The position numbers were made by a program, and so were the translations under genes. From contig JAGIQG010000009.1 of assembly GCA_024679065.1 (NCBI GenBank), positions 81,530,001 to 81,594,000 on the forward strand: a DNA stretch of 64,000 nucleotides. The letters run 5' to 3'. Shown in pieces: positions 34,654 to 48,606 of the stretch. Position 1 is the first letter of the stretch. The number at the start of each line of letters is the position of its first letter. Source of the stretch: Sphyrna mokarran. Taxonomy: Eukaryota. The notes under the pieces are model-generated. The model searched no databases and was not told the origin of the DNA. It saw nothing but the letters and a program-made list of their open reading frames with translations.

Positions 34654-36460
34654 CTGAAAGAGAAGAGAAGGAATTTTAATCACTGTCATTTTCAGCCTTT
34701 CATCATCCTGAATATTAACTGGGATCAAATCAGTGTCAATGTTTGAATGATGCAGAATTCTGAAAATCCATTCGAGGGGAACGTTTTTAACCAGTACGGA
34801 ACAATCCCAACAAGAGAAGGGTCAGTTTTGGTTGGTTTTACAGAATGAAACTCAGCATGTGGAAGGTGTATCAGTGAGAGAGCATTTGGGTAATAATGAT
34901 CATAATAGATTTAGCATTGCTACGGAAAAGGGGAAAGATCGATCAAGAGTAAACATTTTGAATGGGAAAAGGCCAATTTCACTAAACTGGAATTTGCCAA
35001 AATGGAAAGGAAACAGTAACTTTACGATAGATCAATGTCAGAGCAGTGGGAGGATATTTGAGCTGGAGATAGAGTTCAGGACATATGTGTTCATCAAGCA
35101 ATAACGTGGGACATTGCAAAGAGAATAACTAAGGATTAAATAGGGCCGATTCGAGAGCAAAGCGGTACCTTGTGTGTGGAGGGACAAAGTTGACATTGTG
35201 GTTCAGGAGAGGAGGGATTGTGAAATAATTAATGGGATAATGATGGTGCGCGAGGATGTATTAATGCGTTTATCACCATTTAAAATGGAGAAATTCCCAG
35301 GGCCAGGTGAAATATATCCCAGGATGTGAAGGGAAGAACAGGAAGAAATAACAGAGACTCTGACAATTATTTTCCAATCTTCTCTGAGTACAGGTGTGGT
35401 ATGGGTGGACTGGAGGATGGATCACGCTTTTTAAAATTAAAAGCTGATGGAATCTAAGGAAAAGTGGCACATTTGAATTCAAATTAGTTCCGTGTCTGAA
35501 GGTAAAGGTTTGATTTGAAGCTGGTTAAATCATTTTGCAACGTTACTGTAAGTATAAAGAAGATTACTGCAAATTCAGCACTGAAATGGTTAATAGTGAG
35601 AGTATTTAAAGACACAGTGTCCCTTTAAGAGACTGTTAACCAATCAGGAAGCTGGAACTATTGCTCAGTCTGTCTGGGGGAAACAGGTTGAGCATCAACA
35701 AACCTCAGATCACACACAGATCAGGAGAACTTTATCCCAGAACATTGGAGCAGACTTGGATCAACACACTTCACACAGGATTCCCATTGGCTGGTGTAGA
35801 AACCTCTAGATTTCATTTCAAACCTTACAGTCCAGCACTGGGCTGAGGTCAAGGGTGAGGCTAGAATTAGTCTCAGTGTTCAGGGGTCAGACAGGGTCAC
35901 TGCTCCAAATGACCCCATGAACTCTGGAGGATGCTTTTATGTTATCAATAGGAGAGAGTCAGGATCAGGAATCTCCAACCTCACAGACAGAATTACATTT
36001 CTATAGCACCTGTCACCACCTCAGAATACCTCAATGTGTTTAACAGCTCATTGTGCACAGTAAGATCCCAGGGAGCAGAATGAGAAAGAACAGATAAGCA
36101 GATTTGTAGTGATGTTGATTGAGGGATGAATGTTGAACAGTTCACAGGGTGAACTCCCCTGCTCTTCTTCCAATAGTACCATGGGATCTTTTACACCCCC
36201 TGAGAGGGCAGATATCAGATTGTCTCATCTGAAAGATGGGAGGCCTGTAGTTTAGAGGGGGGGATATGACAGGTACTGGCCCTTTCCCCATGAAGATTTT
36301 GGAAGTGGATGGGGAAAGTGGGAGGTGAACTAGAGAAACATCTTTGTTGCTGCTGAAACTCTTGCTATCTGCTCAGTCACATCTAATAAACACACAGACA
36401 CATCAGACAAACATCAGTCTGTTTCTGTGGATTCTCTGCTGCTTTCAGTTCAATGAAGAG

Positions 36461-37072
36461 GTGAACAAAGAACAAAGATCAAAGAACAACACAGCACGGG
36501 AAACAGGCCCTTCGGCCCAACGAGCCCGCGCCGCCGTCCTAACATCTTAATGACATATAGAGACCAATATAGGGACATTTGTTACCCAATCAGCCTAAGT
36601 TTCCTCCCACATCCATTTTTGGGATGTGGGAGGAAACCGGAGCACCCGGAGAAATCCCACGCAACCACGGGGAGAACGCGCAAACTCCCGCAGACACAGG
36701 CCCAAATCCATGTGTCAGCACAGCAACAGCGATAGTCTCTGAGCTGTCATGTTGCCCATCGGATGGTCCAGTTTAAGCATACACTGACGACGTGAAGCAC
36801 TAGGCAACTCCTGAAGCAACCTCCAAGAGCAGCCCTCGCACGACCTGCCGAATGCATGCGCCTTGTTGGTCAACAAGGTGGACCGAATAGCCTGTGGAAA
36901 CAAAGTATTTAAACAGTCCTCCTATATCCCTCTATCTGCAGACCGCTCATGTGGCTGTCCAAGAGACCCTTAAACAACCCTAGCATGCCTGCTCCCACCA
37001 CCCCACTCGGTAGCTCATTCCACACCCCCACTATCCTTTGTGTGAAAAAATGCCCTCTAATATTCGTCTTAT
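36461..37072 (-). mobile_element. CR1-like LINE 3' end with a long 3' UTR; cluster 2-specific
   Basis: Splits TGAAGAG|TGCAGGA (contiguous at ~8577 in cluster 1); (CTTTGTT)n tail; related to 39758-41215. Confidence 0.75.
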
Positions 37073-38405
37073 TGCAGGAGGACATGCCAGGAGCAACAAC
37101 AGACTTACTGAAAAATGAGGTGTTAACCTGGTGAAGCTACAACACAGAGACTGTGTGCCAAACAGCAGAAGCAGCAAGTGATAGACAGAGTTAAACCATC
37201 CCACAACCAATGGATCAGATCTAAGCTCTGCAGTCCTGTCACATCCAGCCGTGAATGGTGGTGGACAATTAAACAACTCACTGGAGAAGGCGGCACCACA
37301 AATATTCCCATCCTCAATGATGGAGGAACCCAGCACATCAGTGCAAAAGATAAGGCTGAAGCATTTGCAGGAATCTTTAGCCAGAAGTTCCGAGTGGATG
37401 ATCCATCTCGATCTTCCCCGGTGGTCCTAAAGACTGTACACCAGAACATCCTGAGTCCCTAGCCAAGCTGTTCCAGTACATCTACAACACTGACATCAAC
37501 ATAACATTGTGATAAATTACCCGGTTATGAACTGTGCACAAAAAACAGGACAAATCCAATCTACACAATAACCATTCCATCAGTCTACTCTCGATCATCA
37601 GCAATGTGATCTGAACATATCCAGAGCGATACCAAGCAGCACTTACTCAGCAATAATCTGCTCACTGACACTCAGTTTGCGTTCCACCAGGATCACTCAG
37701 CTCCTGATCTCATTACGGCCTTGGTTCAAACATGGACAAAAGAGCTGAACTCCAGAGGTGAGGTGAGAGAGACTGTCCTTAACATCAAGGCAGCATTTCA
37801 GCAAGTGGGGCATCAAGGAGCCCTCACAAAACTGGAGCCAATGGGAATCAGGGGAAAACTCTCCACTGGTTGGAGTTGTACCCAGTACAAAGGAAGATGG
37901 TTGTTGTTTGGGGTTTAACTCTACAATCTATATTAATGAGCTGGATGAAGGGAATGAGAGGAATGTCACTAAACTTGCTGATGATAAAATGAAATGTAGA
38001 AATGTATGTTGTGAGGTGGATACAGAGTCTGAAAAGGAATAGAGATAGGTTCAGTGAGTGGGGAAACATCGACAGATGGAGAATATTGTGGGAAAATGAG
38101 GTTGTCCACTTTGACAGGAAAATAGAGCAGAATACTAGTTAACTGGAGAAATTCTATCGAGTGATCTGTGTGTCTTTGCATCCAGGGAACAGAAAAATAT
38201 TAGGAAGGCAAATGGAATGTTGCTCTTCATTCCAGTGAGGATAAGTATAAAAGGAGGGATGTTGTGCTGCAGCACATTGGGAAAATCACACTGAGAATAT
38301 TGTGGACACTTAGGGTCTCCTTACGGAAGGAAAGATATAGTAGAATTGGAAAGAGTTCAGAGATGGTTCACTGGGCTGATTCCACTGAGTAAGGGATTGT
38401 CTTAT

Positions 38406-39335
38406 AGAACATAGAACATAGAACATAGTACACTACAGCACAAACAGGCCCTTCGGCCCCAAGTTGTGCCGAACACAGCAAAAACCTACCCAGCCATAGA
38501 CCCATATACTCATCCAGAAGTCTTTTAAAAGACCCCAGCGAGTTCGCCTCGACCACCACCAATGGCAGCCGATTCCATTCACTCACCACCCTCTGAGTGA
38601 AAAACTTTCCCCTAGCATCTCCTCTGTACTTGCTTCCCTGCACCTTAAATCTGTGCCCTCTCGTCGCGACCATTTCAGCCCTGGGAAATAGTCTCTGAGA
38701 GTCCACCCTATCTATTCCTCTCTACATCTTGTAAACCTCTATCAGGTCGCCTCTCAACCTTTGTCTCTCCAGGGAGAACAGTCCCAGCTCCCTCAACCTG
38801 TGTTCATAAGGCATGCCTCCCAATCCAGGCAACATCCTTGTAAATCTCCTCTGCACCCTTTCAATAGCTTCCACGTCCTTCCTATAGTGAGGTGACCAGA
38901 ACTGCACACAGTACTCCAAGTGTGGTCTGACAAGGGTCCTATAAAGCTGCAGCATTACTTCCTGACTCCTGAACTCAATCCCTCGATGAATGAAGGCCAG
39001 TACACCGTAAGCTTTCTTAACCACATCCTCCACCTGGGAGGCCGATTTGAGAGTCTTATGGACCCGGACGCCAAAATCCCTCTGCTCTTCCACACAGCTA
39101 AGACTCCTACCTTTGATATTGTATTCATTCATCCCGTTGGATCTGCCAAAATGGACCACAACACATTTATCCGTGTTGAAGTCCATCTGCCACTTCTCCG
39201 CCCAGTCTTGCATCCTGTCGGTGTAATGCTGCAACTTCTGACATCCCTCCAGACCATCCACAACACCACCGACCTTCGTGTCATCGGCGAACTTCCTCAC
39301 CCATCCCTCCGCTTCCTCATCCAGGTCATTTATGA
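38406..39335 (-). mobile_element. 5'-truncated CR1 LINE; cluster 2-specific
   Basis: [22 protein letters not shown]; TAGAACA tail; empty site at ~9907; possible TTAT target duplication. Confidence 0.93.
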
Positions 39336-39757
39336 TTATGAGGAAAGCTTGAGCAAGTTGGGCCAATACTCATTGGAGTAGAACTTATTCCACCACCTCA
39401 GCACCATCTTCACCAGGGCAACTAGGATGGGTGATAAATACTGGTCTGCAGAGAATCACAGGAAATAGGAATAGGAATAGGCCATTTGGCCCTTTGAGCC
39501 TGTTCCACTATTCATCATGGTCATGGCTGATCATCCAATCAGTAGTCAGATCCTGTCTTCCTCAACAATTCCTTTCATCATATTCACCCCAAAAGCTAAA
39601 TCTAACTCCTTCTTGAAAACGTACAATATTTTTGCCTCACCTGCTTTCTGTGATCATGAACTCCACAGGTTTACCCCGCGCTGTTTGACGGAATTTCTCT
39701 TCACCTCAATCATAAAAGGTTTACCCCATATTCTCAGATTATGATGCCTCAAACTGG

Positions 39758-41215
39758 ACAAAGAACAAAGAACAAACCAGCACCAGAAACAGGCCTTTCT
39801 GCCCAACGAGCCCCTGCCGCCACCCTGATGCTCCCACCTCTACCCAAGATCCCTGTCAATGTTTATAGATCGACGGATTAAAAACCAAATTTGAGACAAT
39901 TTAGGGAGAATTTGTTTTGCCAATTAGCCTCAGAGCACATCTCTGAGATGTAGGAGGAAACCGGAGCACCTGGAGAAAACCCACGAAAGCACGGGGAGAA
40001 TGCACAAACTCCCACAGACACAGGCCCAAATCCATGTATCTGCACAGCATAACAATAGTCACTGAGCTGTCGTGTTGCCCATCAAATGGTCCAGGTCAAG
40101 CGTACACTAACGATGTGAAGCACTAGGAAACTCTCGAAAAAAAAATCCAAGAGCAGCCCTCTCACGACCAATCGCATGTATGCCCCTCGTTAGAAAACAA
40201 GGTGGACCAAAGCAGGATAAAAACAGTACATCAATATCATCATCTATTTACACACTTCCCAGGGACTCCCAAGGCTCATGATCCCTATTTTAAATCAGTT
40301 TTCTATACCCCTCCATTTCCATTCTGTTCATGTGCCCACCTAAGTATTTCTTAAATAACTCCAGAGTACCTGCCTCCACTACTTTACTTGGCAGCGCATT
40401 CCATACCCCAACCACCCTCTGTGTGAAAAAACTCCCTCTAGCATCTAAATTATATCTTACCCCCCTCACCCTAAGCCCATGACCCCTCGTGCTATTCGAG
40501 TCCATCCTAGGAAAAAGCTTAACCCTGTTTACTCTATCTATACCCCTCATAATCTTGTACACCACTATTAGATCTCCTCTAAGTCTACGTCTTTCTAAGG
40601 AAAACAGTCCCAATTTGCCTAAACTTTCCTCGTGACTCAGACCTTCCATACCACGCAGCATCCTGGTAAACCTCCTCTGCACTCTCTCCAGAGTCTCCAC
40701 GTCCTTCCGGTAGTAAGGCGACCAGAACTGGACGCAGTATTCCAATGAGGTCTAACCAACGTTTTATACAATTGCAACATTAAAGGCCAGCTCTTGTACT
40801 CTGTACCCTTCCAATAAAGGCTAGCATACTATATGCTTTCTTCACAAACTTCTCCACTTGCTTTGCCACCTTCAGAGACTTGTTCACCTGCACCCCCAGG
40901 TCCCTCTGTGTTTCTATACTTTTAATAGGTCTACCCTTTATCATATACCTCCCCCCAACATTCTTTCTCCCAAATGTATCACCTCACATTGATGAGGATT
41001 AAATTCCAAATGCCATCTGTCTGCCCAAGCTACCAGCCTATGTCCTGCTGCATTGCCTGACAATGCTCCTCACTATCCGCAAGTCCAGCCATCTTTGTAT
41101 TGTCTGCAAACTTGCTGATCACTCCACTTACTCCCTCTTCCAAGTCATTTATATATATTACAAATAGAAGAGGTCCTAGTACCGAGCCCGCGGCACTCCA
41201 CTAGTAATCAGATAG
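39758..41215 (-). mobile_element. CR1-like LINE with long 3' UTR; cluster 2-specific
   Basis: ORF 40290-40745 ([22 protein letters not shown]); (CTTTGTT)n tail; followed by a short + strand CR1 tail at 41235-41365. Confidence 0.88.
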
Positions 41216-42620
41216 TGAGGAGCAAAAGTGTGTTTAAGAGTTAGTGATAGTATATGGATGAGAAGGGAAGTTTAGTAGGAGGGGCTTGCTTTTATTTGGT
41301 CGGCACAACATCGAAGGCCGAAGGGCCTGTTCTGTGCTGTATTGTTCTATGTTCTATGTTCTATTGTGGATGTTCCCAGCATTGGGAACATGCTTCCTGT
41401 ATTGGCCAATCGAGTCTGCATCAACTCTTAGCCCATAAACCCCATGTATTTATCTCACTATTCCCCCTAACCTGTTAGAATTTTATAATTCTCCATGAGT
41501 TGTTTCTTCATTCCTCTGAACTGTAATGAATATAATTCTTAACCACTCAATCTCTTCTCATACATCAGTCCCATTATAACAGGAATCTGTCTGGGATACC
41601 TTCTCTACACTCCCTCGACAGCAAAAATATCCTTCCTGAGATAGGGAGATCTATCTCAGGATAGATTGCGCACAATATTCCCAGTGCTGCCTCATCAAAG
41701 CCCTGTATAACTGCAGCAGGTCAGAATTATGAAGACATAGAGCAGATACGAAGGAACTTTTCCCCTTTTAGTAGTAGATTCAAAAACCAGGGAGCATAGA
41801 TTTAATTTCAGAAGCAGAAGATTTTGAGGAATTGGAGGAAAAACATTTTCACTCAGAGGTTGTTGGGAATCTGGAACTCACTGCATGAAAATGTGGTGGA
41901 AGCAGGAACCCTCACAACATTTAAGAAGTATTTAGATGAGCATTTGAAATTGCAAGGTATACAAGGCCAAGGATCAAGTGTTGGAAAATGGGATTAGAAT
42001 ACTTAGGAGCTTGATGGCTGGCAGAGACAGGATGGGCCGAAGGGCCTATTTCTGTGCTGTAAATGTCTATGACACTCTGATTGAGCCAAGATGGCCGAGA
42101 ATGTAAAGTGACCAACTTCTGGAAAATTCCGATGTGGGTTACATTCGACAGACCAGACCCGAGAGAAGATGGAATATCACATTCCAAAAGTCTGCCAGTT
42201 AGATGGATCGGCCATGCTAAATTGCCCCTAGTGTGTTCTTTAGGTGGGTTTGCAATGGTGAATGTGCAGGGTTACAGGGAGCCTGGGTAAGAAGCTCTTT
42301 TGGAGAATCGGGTGAAAAGATTTCCCTCACGTCTCTCAAAATCTGCTGCCTCTGTGATCAATGAGAAAAGTTTCATCATATCTACCCTATCTCTGTCTTT
42401 TGTAATTCTGTCGATGGACTGAATATCCTCCTCCTGCACTGTAGGGATTCAATGTCTAATAAAAAACTACACAGACTGTGTAAGATTTTCACGGGTGGAA
42501 GGATCCATTTTAAATGAACCCTGTTGTGACCAATCGAGGGCAGGATTCCGGCTGATTATTCCTCACCCAGAGGAAAACACAACTGGGATCCTGTTCAGGA
42601 AGTTAACAAATGAGGGATCC

Positions 42621-44867
42621 TAGAACATAGAACATAGAACATTACAGCACAGAACAGGCCCTTCGGCCTTCGATGTTGTGCCGACCAAAATAAAAAGCAA
42701 TGCCCCTCCAAACTAAACCATTCCCTTCTCTTCCATATACTTATCAATTAACCTCTTAAACGCACCAAACTTGGCGCATCTACAACAGCTGCAGGCAGGG
42801 CATTCCACTCCCTAATCACTCTTTGAGTAAAGAACCTACCTCTTATATCCGTCCTATAACTCATACCCCTTAATTTAAAGCTGTGTCCCCTCGTGCTAGC
42901 TTTCTCCATCCTAGGCAAAAGGCTATCACTGTCCACCCTATCTAAACCTCTAATCATCTTATATGCTTCAATAAGATCCCCTCTTAGCCACCTCCTTTCT
43001 AACTAAAACAACCTCAAATCCTTCAACCTCTCTTCATAGGACCTGCCCTCCATACCAGGCAACATCCTGGTAACCTCCTCTGTACCCTCTCCAATGCCTC
43101 CACATCTTTCTTATAATGTGGGGACCAGAACTGCACACAATACTCCAATGCGGCCGCACTAGAGTTTTGTACAGTTGCAACATGATGCTGCGGCTCCTAA
43201 ATTCAATCCCCCTACCAATAAAAGCTAAGACTCCATAAGCCTTCTTACAACTTTATCCACTTGACTGCCTACTTTCAGGGATCTATTGACACATACACCA
43301 AGATCCTTCTGTTCCTCAACACTATTAAGAGCCCTACCATTAGCCCTATACTCTACAGATTTATTGTTCCTGCCAAAGTGCATTACCTCACACTTTTCCA
43401 CATTAATCTCCATTTGCCACCTCTCGGCCCAGCTCTGCAACTTGTCCAAGTCACTCTGTAAACTAAAACACCCCTCTTCACTATCTACCACTCCACCGAC
43501 TTTAGTGTCATCTGCAAATTTACTAATCCATCCTTCAATACCCTCATCCAGATCATTTATACAAATTACAAACAGCAGGGGCCCCAAAACAGACCCCTGA
43601 GGTACACCACTTGTCACTGAACTCCACGATGAATATCTCCCATCAACCACCACCTTCTGTCTTCTATCTGCTAGCCAATTCCTAATCCAATTAGCTAAAT
43701 CACCCTCTATCCCATACTTCTGCATTTTCTGCAGAAGTCTTCCATGGGCCACCTTATCAAACGCCTTACTAAAGTCCATATATACTACATCAACCGCCTT
43801 ACCCCCATCCACCTCTTTGGTCACTTTCTCAAAAAACTAAATGAGGTTAGTAAGGCATGACCTACCCTTCACGAAACCATGCTGACTATCCCCAATCAAT
43901 TCATTTCTCTCTAAATAACTATAAATCCTATCCCTAATAATTCTCTCCAATACCTTTCCCACAACAGAAGTAAGACTCACTGGCCTATAATTCCCTGGAA
44001 GGTCTCTCTTCCCCTTCTTAAACAATGGGACCACATTCGCTATCCTCCAGTCCTCCGGAACCACACCCGTAACCAACGAGGACCTGAAGATCAGAGCCAG
44101 AGCCTCTGCAATCTCCTCTCTTGCCTCCCAGAGAATCCTAGGGTAAATCCCGTCCGGCCCAGTGGACTTATCTAACTTCAAACCCTCAAGAATATCTAGC
44201 ACATCCTCCCTATCTACTTCAATACTTTCCAGTTTGCAACCCTGTACCTCAGTGTTCTCCACAACTACATTTACATCTCCCTGCGTGAATACTGAAGAGA
44301 AATAGTTGTTCAGTGCCTCTCCAATCTCTTCAGCTCCACGCACAACTTCCCACTGCTGTCTATGACTGGCCCTAATCTTGCCCTAACCAATCTTCTATTC
44401 TTAACATATCTAAAGAAAGCTTTAGGATTCTCCTTAATCCTATCAGCCAAAGTCTTCTCGTGTCCCCTCTTATCTCTCCTCAACTCACTCTTTAGCTCCC
44501 TCCTGGCTAATCTATAGCTATCCATTGCACTAACCGAGCCTTCAAGCCTCATCCTGACATAAGCCTCCTTTTCCCTTCTAACCAGCAAATCAACTTTTTT
44601 CGTACACCAAGGTTCTCTTACTCGACCATTTCCTCCTTGCCTGACAGGGACATACTTATCAAGGACTCGCAGCAGCTGCCCCTTGAATAAGCTCCACATT
44701 CCAGATGTTCCCAGTCCCTGTAGTTTCCTAGTCCAACCAATGCACCCTAATTCTCTCCTTATGGCCTCATAATTACCCTTCCCCCAGCTATAACTACTGC
44801 CCCCAGCTTCATGCCTATCCCTGTCCATCACTAAGGTGAACGTAACCGAATTGTGGTCACAATTCCT
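42621..44867 (-). mobile_element. 5'-truncated CR1 LINE in the J-C intron; cluster 2-specific
   Basis: Frameshifted RT ORFs 42748-44860; tail; empty site at ~16460; possible TCCT duplication. Confidence 0.95.
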
Positions 44868-45516
44868 CCTGTCTGAGGACTGGTCACAACATGTACACAG
44901 CAAGATCCCACACACAGCAATGAGAACAATCAGCATTTTCAGTGATGTTAGATCCAGGATAAGTGTCGGATTCAACTCATCCCAAAGAGAAAGTAACAAA
45001 AGCCTGGAACACTGAAGCCACTGGATTGTGAGCCCTGCTGTGGCTGTTTGTCATCAGAAGTTCAGCAAGAGATAAGCAGGGAGTGGAGAGAGCAGAGTGA
45101 AAGCTGAGGGCAGGTGACACCTCGGTGTCTCACTGTGCTGCTGCTGTGATCAGTTATATCAGAGAGTGAGACAGAGAGTTCAACTTCACATCAAACTCTG
45201 CCTGTGTGTGTCACACTGAGACCGACAGGAGTCTAGAGAGTGATTTCACTCCATGCTGCAGGAATGTGAACACAGTCTGCAAACGTCCAAATCTCCTCCA
45301 CACGGTGGGTAAAAGCTGCTTACTGAAATCTTGCTGTTTAAAGGGGGGAATGGAAGGAAAGAAATACAGCTGGACTCCCTGTTCTACACAATGTTCTTCA
45401 ATCAACCATTTCATTGACTGTAACTTCTTCACTAACACCTTCAACTATTCAGTATTTGTGTTTGAGAAAGTTTCAGCATTGAAAGGGTTAATAACGGAGG
45501 ATTGGGCTTTACTTAC

Positions 45517-45551
45517 TCAGTCTGAGTTTGGTTCCTTTAGCAAACATATAG
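45517..45551 (-). CDS. IGKJ: Ig kappa J segment, cluster 2 (YMFAKGTKLRL)
   Basis: C TAT ATG TTT GCT AAA GGA ACC AAA CTC AGA CTG A|GTAAGT. Confidence 0.95.
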
Positions 45552-45590
45552 CACACTGACAGCTTCCAGTGCAGGAGCTGTACAAAAACC
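45552..45590 (+). promoter_or_regulatory. 23-RSS of J2
   Basis: CACACTG + 23 nt + ACAAAAACC; identical to the J1 RSS. Confidence 0.95.
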
Positions 45591-45873
45591 TCTGTCTCTC
45601 TGAATCACTCACTCACTCACTCATCTCTTTCTCTCTCACACTATCTCTCTCCCTGCTTCTCTCTCTCTGTTTCTCTCAATATCCCTGTGTTTTATTGGGA
45701 GTGTTGAGAATTCTAATTTGAGATGATAAATCTTTCTGCTGCTCTTCATATGTGAACATGGAGAGTAAGAGGGAGACTCAAGGCCTTCAGCGAGCAGTGG
45801 ACACCACAGGGACTGGAGAGTGTAGTGGACGATGCAAATAATTTGTTCAGTTTCCTTTCTTGTGTTGCTTAGA

Positions 45874-46593
45874 TATTATATAAAACTGTGGGATGTGTCA
45901 GTACAGGAGATGGGACTGTGTGTCATTATGATATATTATATAAAACTGTGATATGTGTCAGTGCAGGAGGTGGGACTGTGTGTCCATTATTATATATTAT
46001 ATAAAACTGTGGGATGTGTCAGTACTGGAGGTGGGACTGTGTGTCCATTATTATATATTATATAAAACTGTGGGATGTGTCAATACAGGAGGTGGGACTG
46101 TGTGTCCATTATTATATATTATATAAAACTGTGGGATGTGTCAGTACAGGAGATGGGACTGTGTGTCATTATGATATATTATATAAAACTGTGAGATGTG
46201 TCAGTGCAGGAGGTGGGACTGTGTGTCCATTATTATATATTATATAAAACTGTGAGATGTGTCAGTGCAGGAGGTGGGACTGTGTGTCCATTATTATATA
46301 TTATATAAAACTGTGGGATGTGTTAGTACAGGAGGTGGGACTGTGTCTCCATTATTATATATTGTATAAAACTGTGGGATGTGTCAGTACAGGAGGTGGG
46401 ACTGTGTGTGCATTATTATATATTATATAAAACTGTGGGATGTGTCAGTACAGGAGGTGGGACTGTGTGTCCATTATTATATATTATATAAAACTGTGGG
46501 ATGTGTCAGTACAGGAGGTGGTGCTGTGTGTGCATTATTAAATGTTATATAAAACTGTGGGATGTATCAGTACAGGAGGTGGGACTGTGTGTG
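45874..46593. repeat. 61-bp minisatellite, ~12 copies with variant units, V2-J2 intervening sequence
   Basis: Same unit as 17461-18120, with some GAGATGGG / ATGATAT / GTGAGAT variant units. Confidence 0.97.
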
Positions 46594-46597
46594 TTGG

Positions 46598-46625
46598 GGT
46601 TTTTGTAAGGCTCTGTATCACTGTG
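46598..46625 (-). promoter_or_regulatory. 12-RSS of V2
   Basis: CACAGTG + ATACAGAGCCTT + ACAAAAACC. Confidence 0.97.
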
Positions 46626-46923
46626 TAGGGAGCACTGTAATATTGCTGACAGTAATAATCAGCGACATCCTCATTCTGAACGTTGCTGATTGTCAGGCTG
46701 AAACTTGTCCCAGATCCACTGCCGGTGAATCGGTCGGATACTCCTGTGAATCGAGTTGATGCAGCATAGATCAGCAGAGCCGGTTTCTGTCCTTCTCGCT
46801 GTTGGTACCAACCCACATAGCTGCTAACAGATTGACTGGCCGTACAGGTGATGGTGGCGGTCTGGCCCAGGCTCACTGACAGCACCGCGGGAGTCTGGGT
46901 CATGATGATCTCTCCATTGATAC
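46626..46923 (-). CDS. IGKV: Ig kappa V exon, cluster 2
   Basis: (G)[41 protein letters not shown]; intact acceptor and frame. Confidence 0.97.
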
Positions 46924-47105
46924 CTGAGGGGTAATTGAGAAATAGAGTGAAGTTAGAACTGTCACAGAAAGAGGCTGTACAATGAGATATTGTTGGAGAC
47001 ACTGACTGTTCCTCTCCTTTCAACATTTTCCCTTCAATCACAAGTCAGGAGAATTGGATTGAAATGGAGAGCAGGAAAATATTCAAGGTGGAAGGAGATT
47101 AGTAC

Positions 47106-47154
47106 CTGCGATGCAGAATGCCAGAGGCCAGAGCAGCTGGATGGCTGAAATCAT
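47106..47154 (-). CDS. IGKV: Leader exon, cluster 2
   Basis: Identical to leader 1; G|GTACTA donor. Confidence 0.92.
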
Positions 47155-47214
47155 GGTGTGTGCTCGTGTCCCTGTGCCTGGTTACTGATAAACTCTCCCT
47201 TCACTGGGCTCTGC

Positions 47215-47310
47215 TTTATAAAGCTGCAGCCTGTGAGAGTCTCACTGCCTGTTCCTCAGTTTGTAAATGGTCTGACCCAGAGAAACCACGTCAGCACCTT
47301 TCACTTCCTC
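47215..47310 (-). promoter_or_regulatory. V2 promoter
   Basis: TTTATAAA 47215-22, degenerate octamer ATTTACAA 47261-68, TGACGTGG 47286-93, GAGGAAGTGAAA 47299-310. Confidence 0.7.
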
Positions 47311-47656
47311 TTCTTCTCTCTCCGTCCCTCAGTCTCTGTCCCTCAGTCTCTGTCCCTCAGTCTCTGTCTTTCAATCTCTCAATATCTCTCCCTCACTCGC
47401 TGTCTCTCTCTTTCTCTCAATATCTGTCCCTCAATCTCTGTCTCTCTCATTCTATTGATATCACTCCCTCAATTCTTATCTCTTTCACTCTCTGAGTAAC
47501 TCTCCATTAGTCTCTCTTTCTATCCACCACACTGTCGCTATCTCCCTTTCTTTTCATTCCTGTCTCACTCTCTTTGTTTACCCTCTCATTCACTCTTTCT
47601 TTCTCTCTTCTCATTCTCCCACCCTCTATTTCTCTCAGTTTTTCCCTCACTTTATC

Positions 47657-48335
47657 TCATAGAGTCATAGAGGTTTACAGCATGAAAACAGGCCCTTCAG
47701 CCCAACTTGTCCATGCTGCCTTTTTTTAAAATCCCTAACCCCAATTGCTGCATTTGTCCCATACCCCTCTATACGCACCTTATCCATGTAACTGCCTAAA
47801 TGCTTTTTAAAAAATAAAATTGTACTCACTTCTGCTACTATCTCTGGCAACTTGTTCCAGACAATCACCACCCTCTGTGTGAAAATATTACAACACGTTT
47901 GGACACTTTTGTGTCTCTCCTCTCTCACCTTAAACCTATGCCATCTAGTGTTAGACTCCCCTGTCCTTGGGAAAAGATATTGAATATCTGGTTGATCTAT
48001 ACCCCTCATTATTTTATACACATCGGTAAGATCACCTCTCAGCCTTCTACCCTCCAGAGAAAGAAGTCCAGCCTCTCCTTATAACCCAAACCATGAAGTC
48101 CTGGTAGCCTCATAGTAAATCTTTTCTGCACTCTTTCTAGTTTAATAATATCCTTTCTATAATCGGGTGACCAGAATTATATACAATATTCCAGATGTGC
48201 TTTTACTAATGTCCTGTATAACTTCAACAAGACGTCCTGATTCCAGTATCCAATGTTCTAATCAATGAAACCAAGCATGCAGAATGCCTTCTCCAGCACT
48301 CTGTCTGCCCATGACTCCACTTTCAAGATGCTATG
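47657..48335 (-). mobile_element. Older CR1 fragment (paralogue of 21190 onward)
   Basis: MYKIMRGID..FTQRVVIVWNKLP. Confidence 0.8.
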
Positions 48336-48606
48336 ACCTCTATCTGGTCTCTGTTATGGAACCAATCCTCTATCAATACGTATATGTTACCCACACACCA
48401 TCTTCTTACCCACACACCATCTTCTTACCCACACACCATCACATCTTGTGTAGTAACATTTAATGTGGCAGTTTATTAGATACCTTTTCGAATTCCCTGT
48501 CACAGGTACAAGTTGACGTTATCTATTTTGTGACCACTGCAAAGGTGGACAATGAGATACGTAAAACAGAAAGAAACTGCTTCACATCGCTGATGATGTC
48601 CATGCT

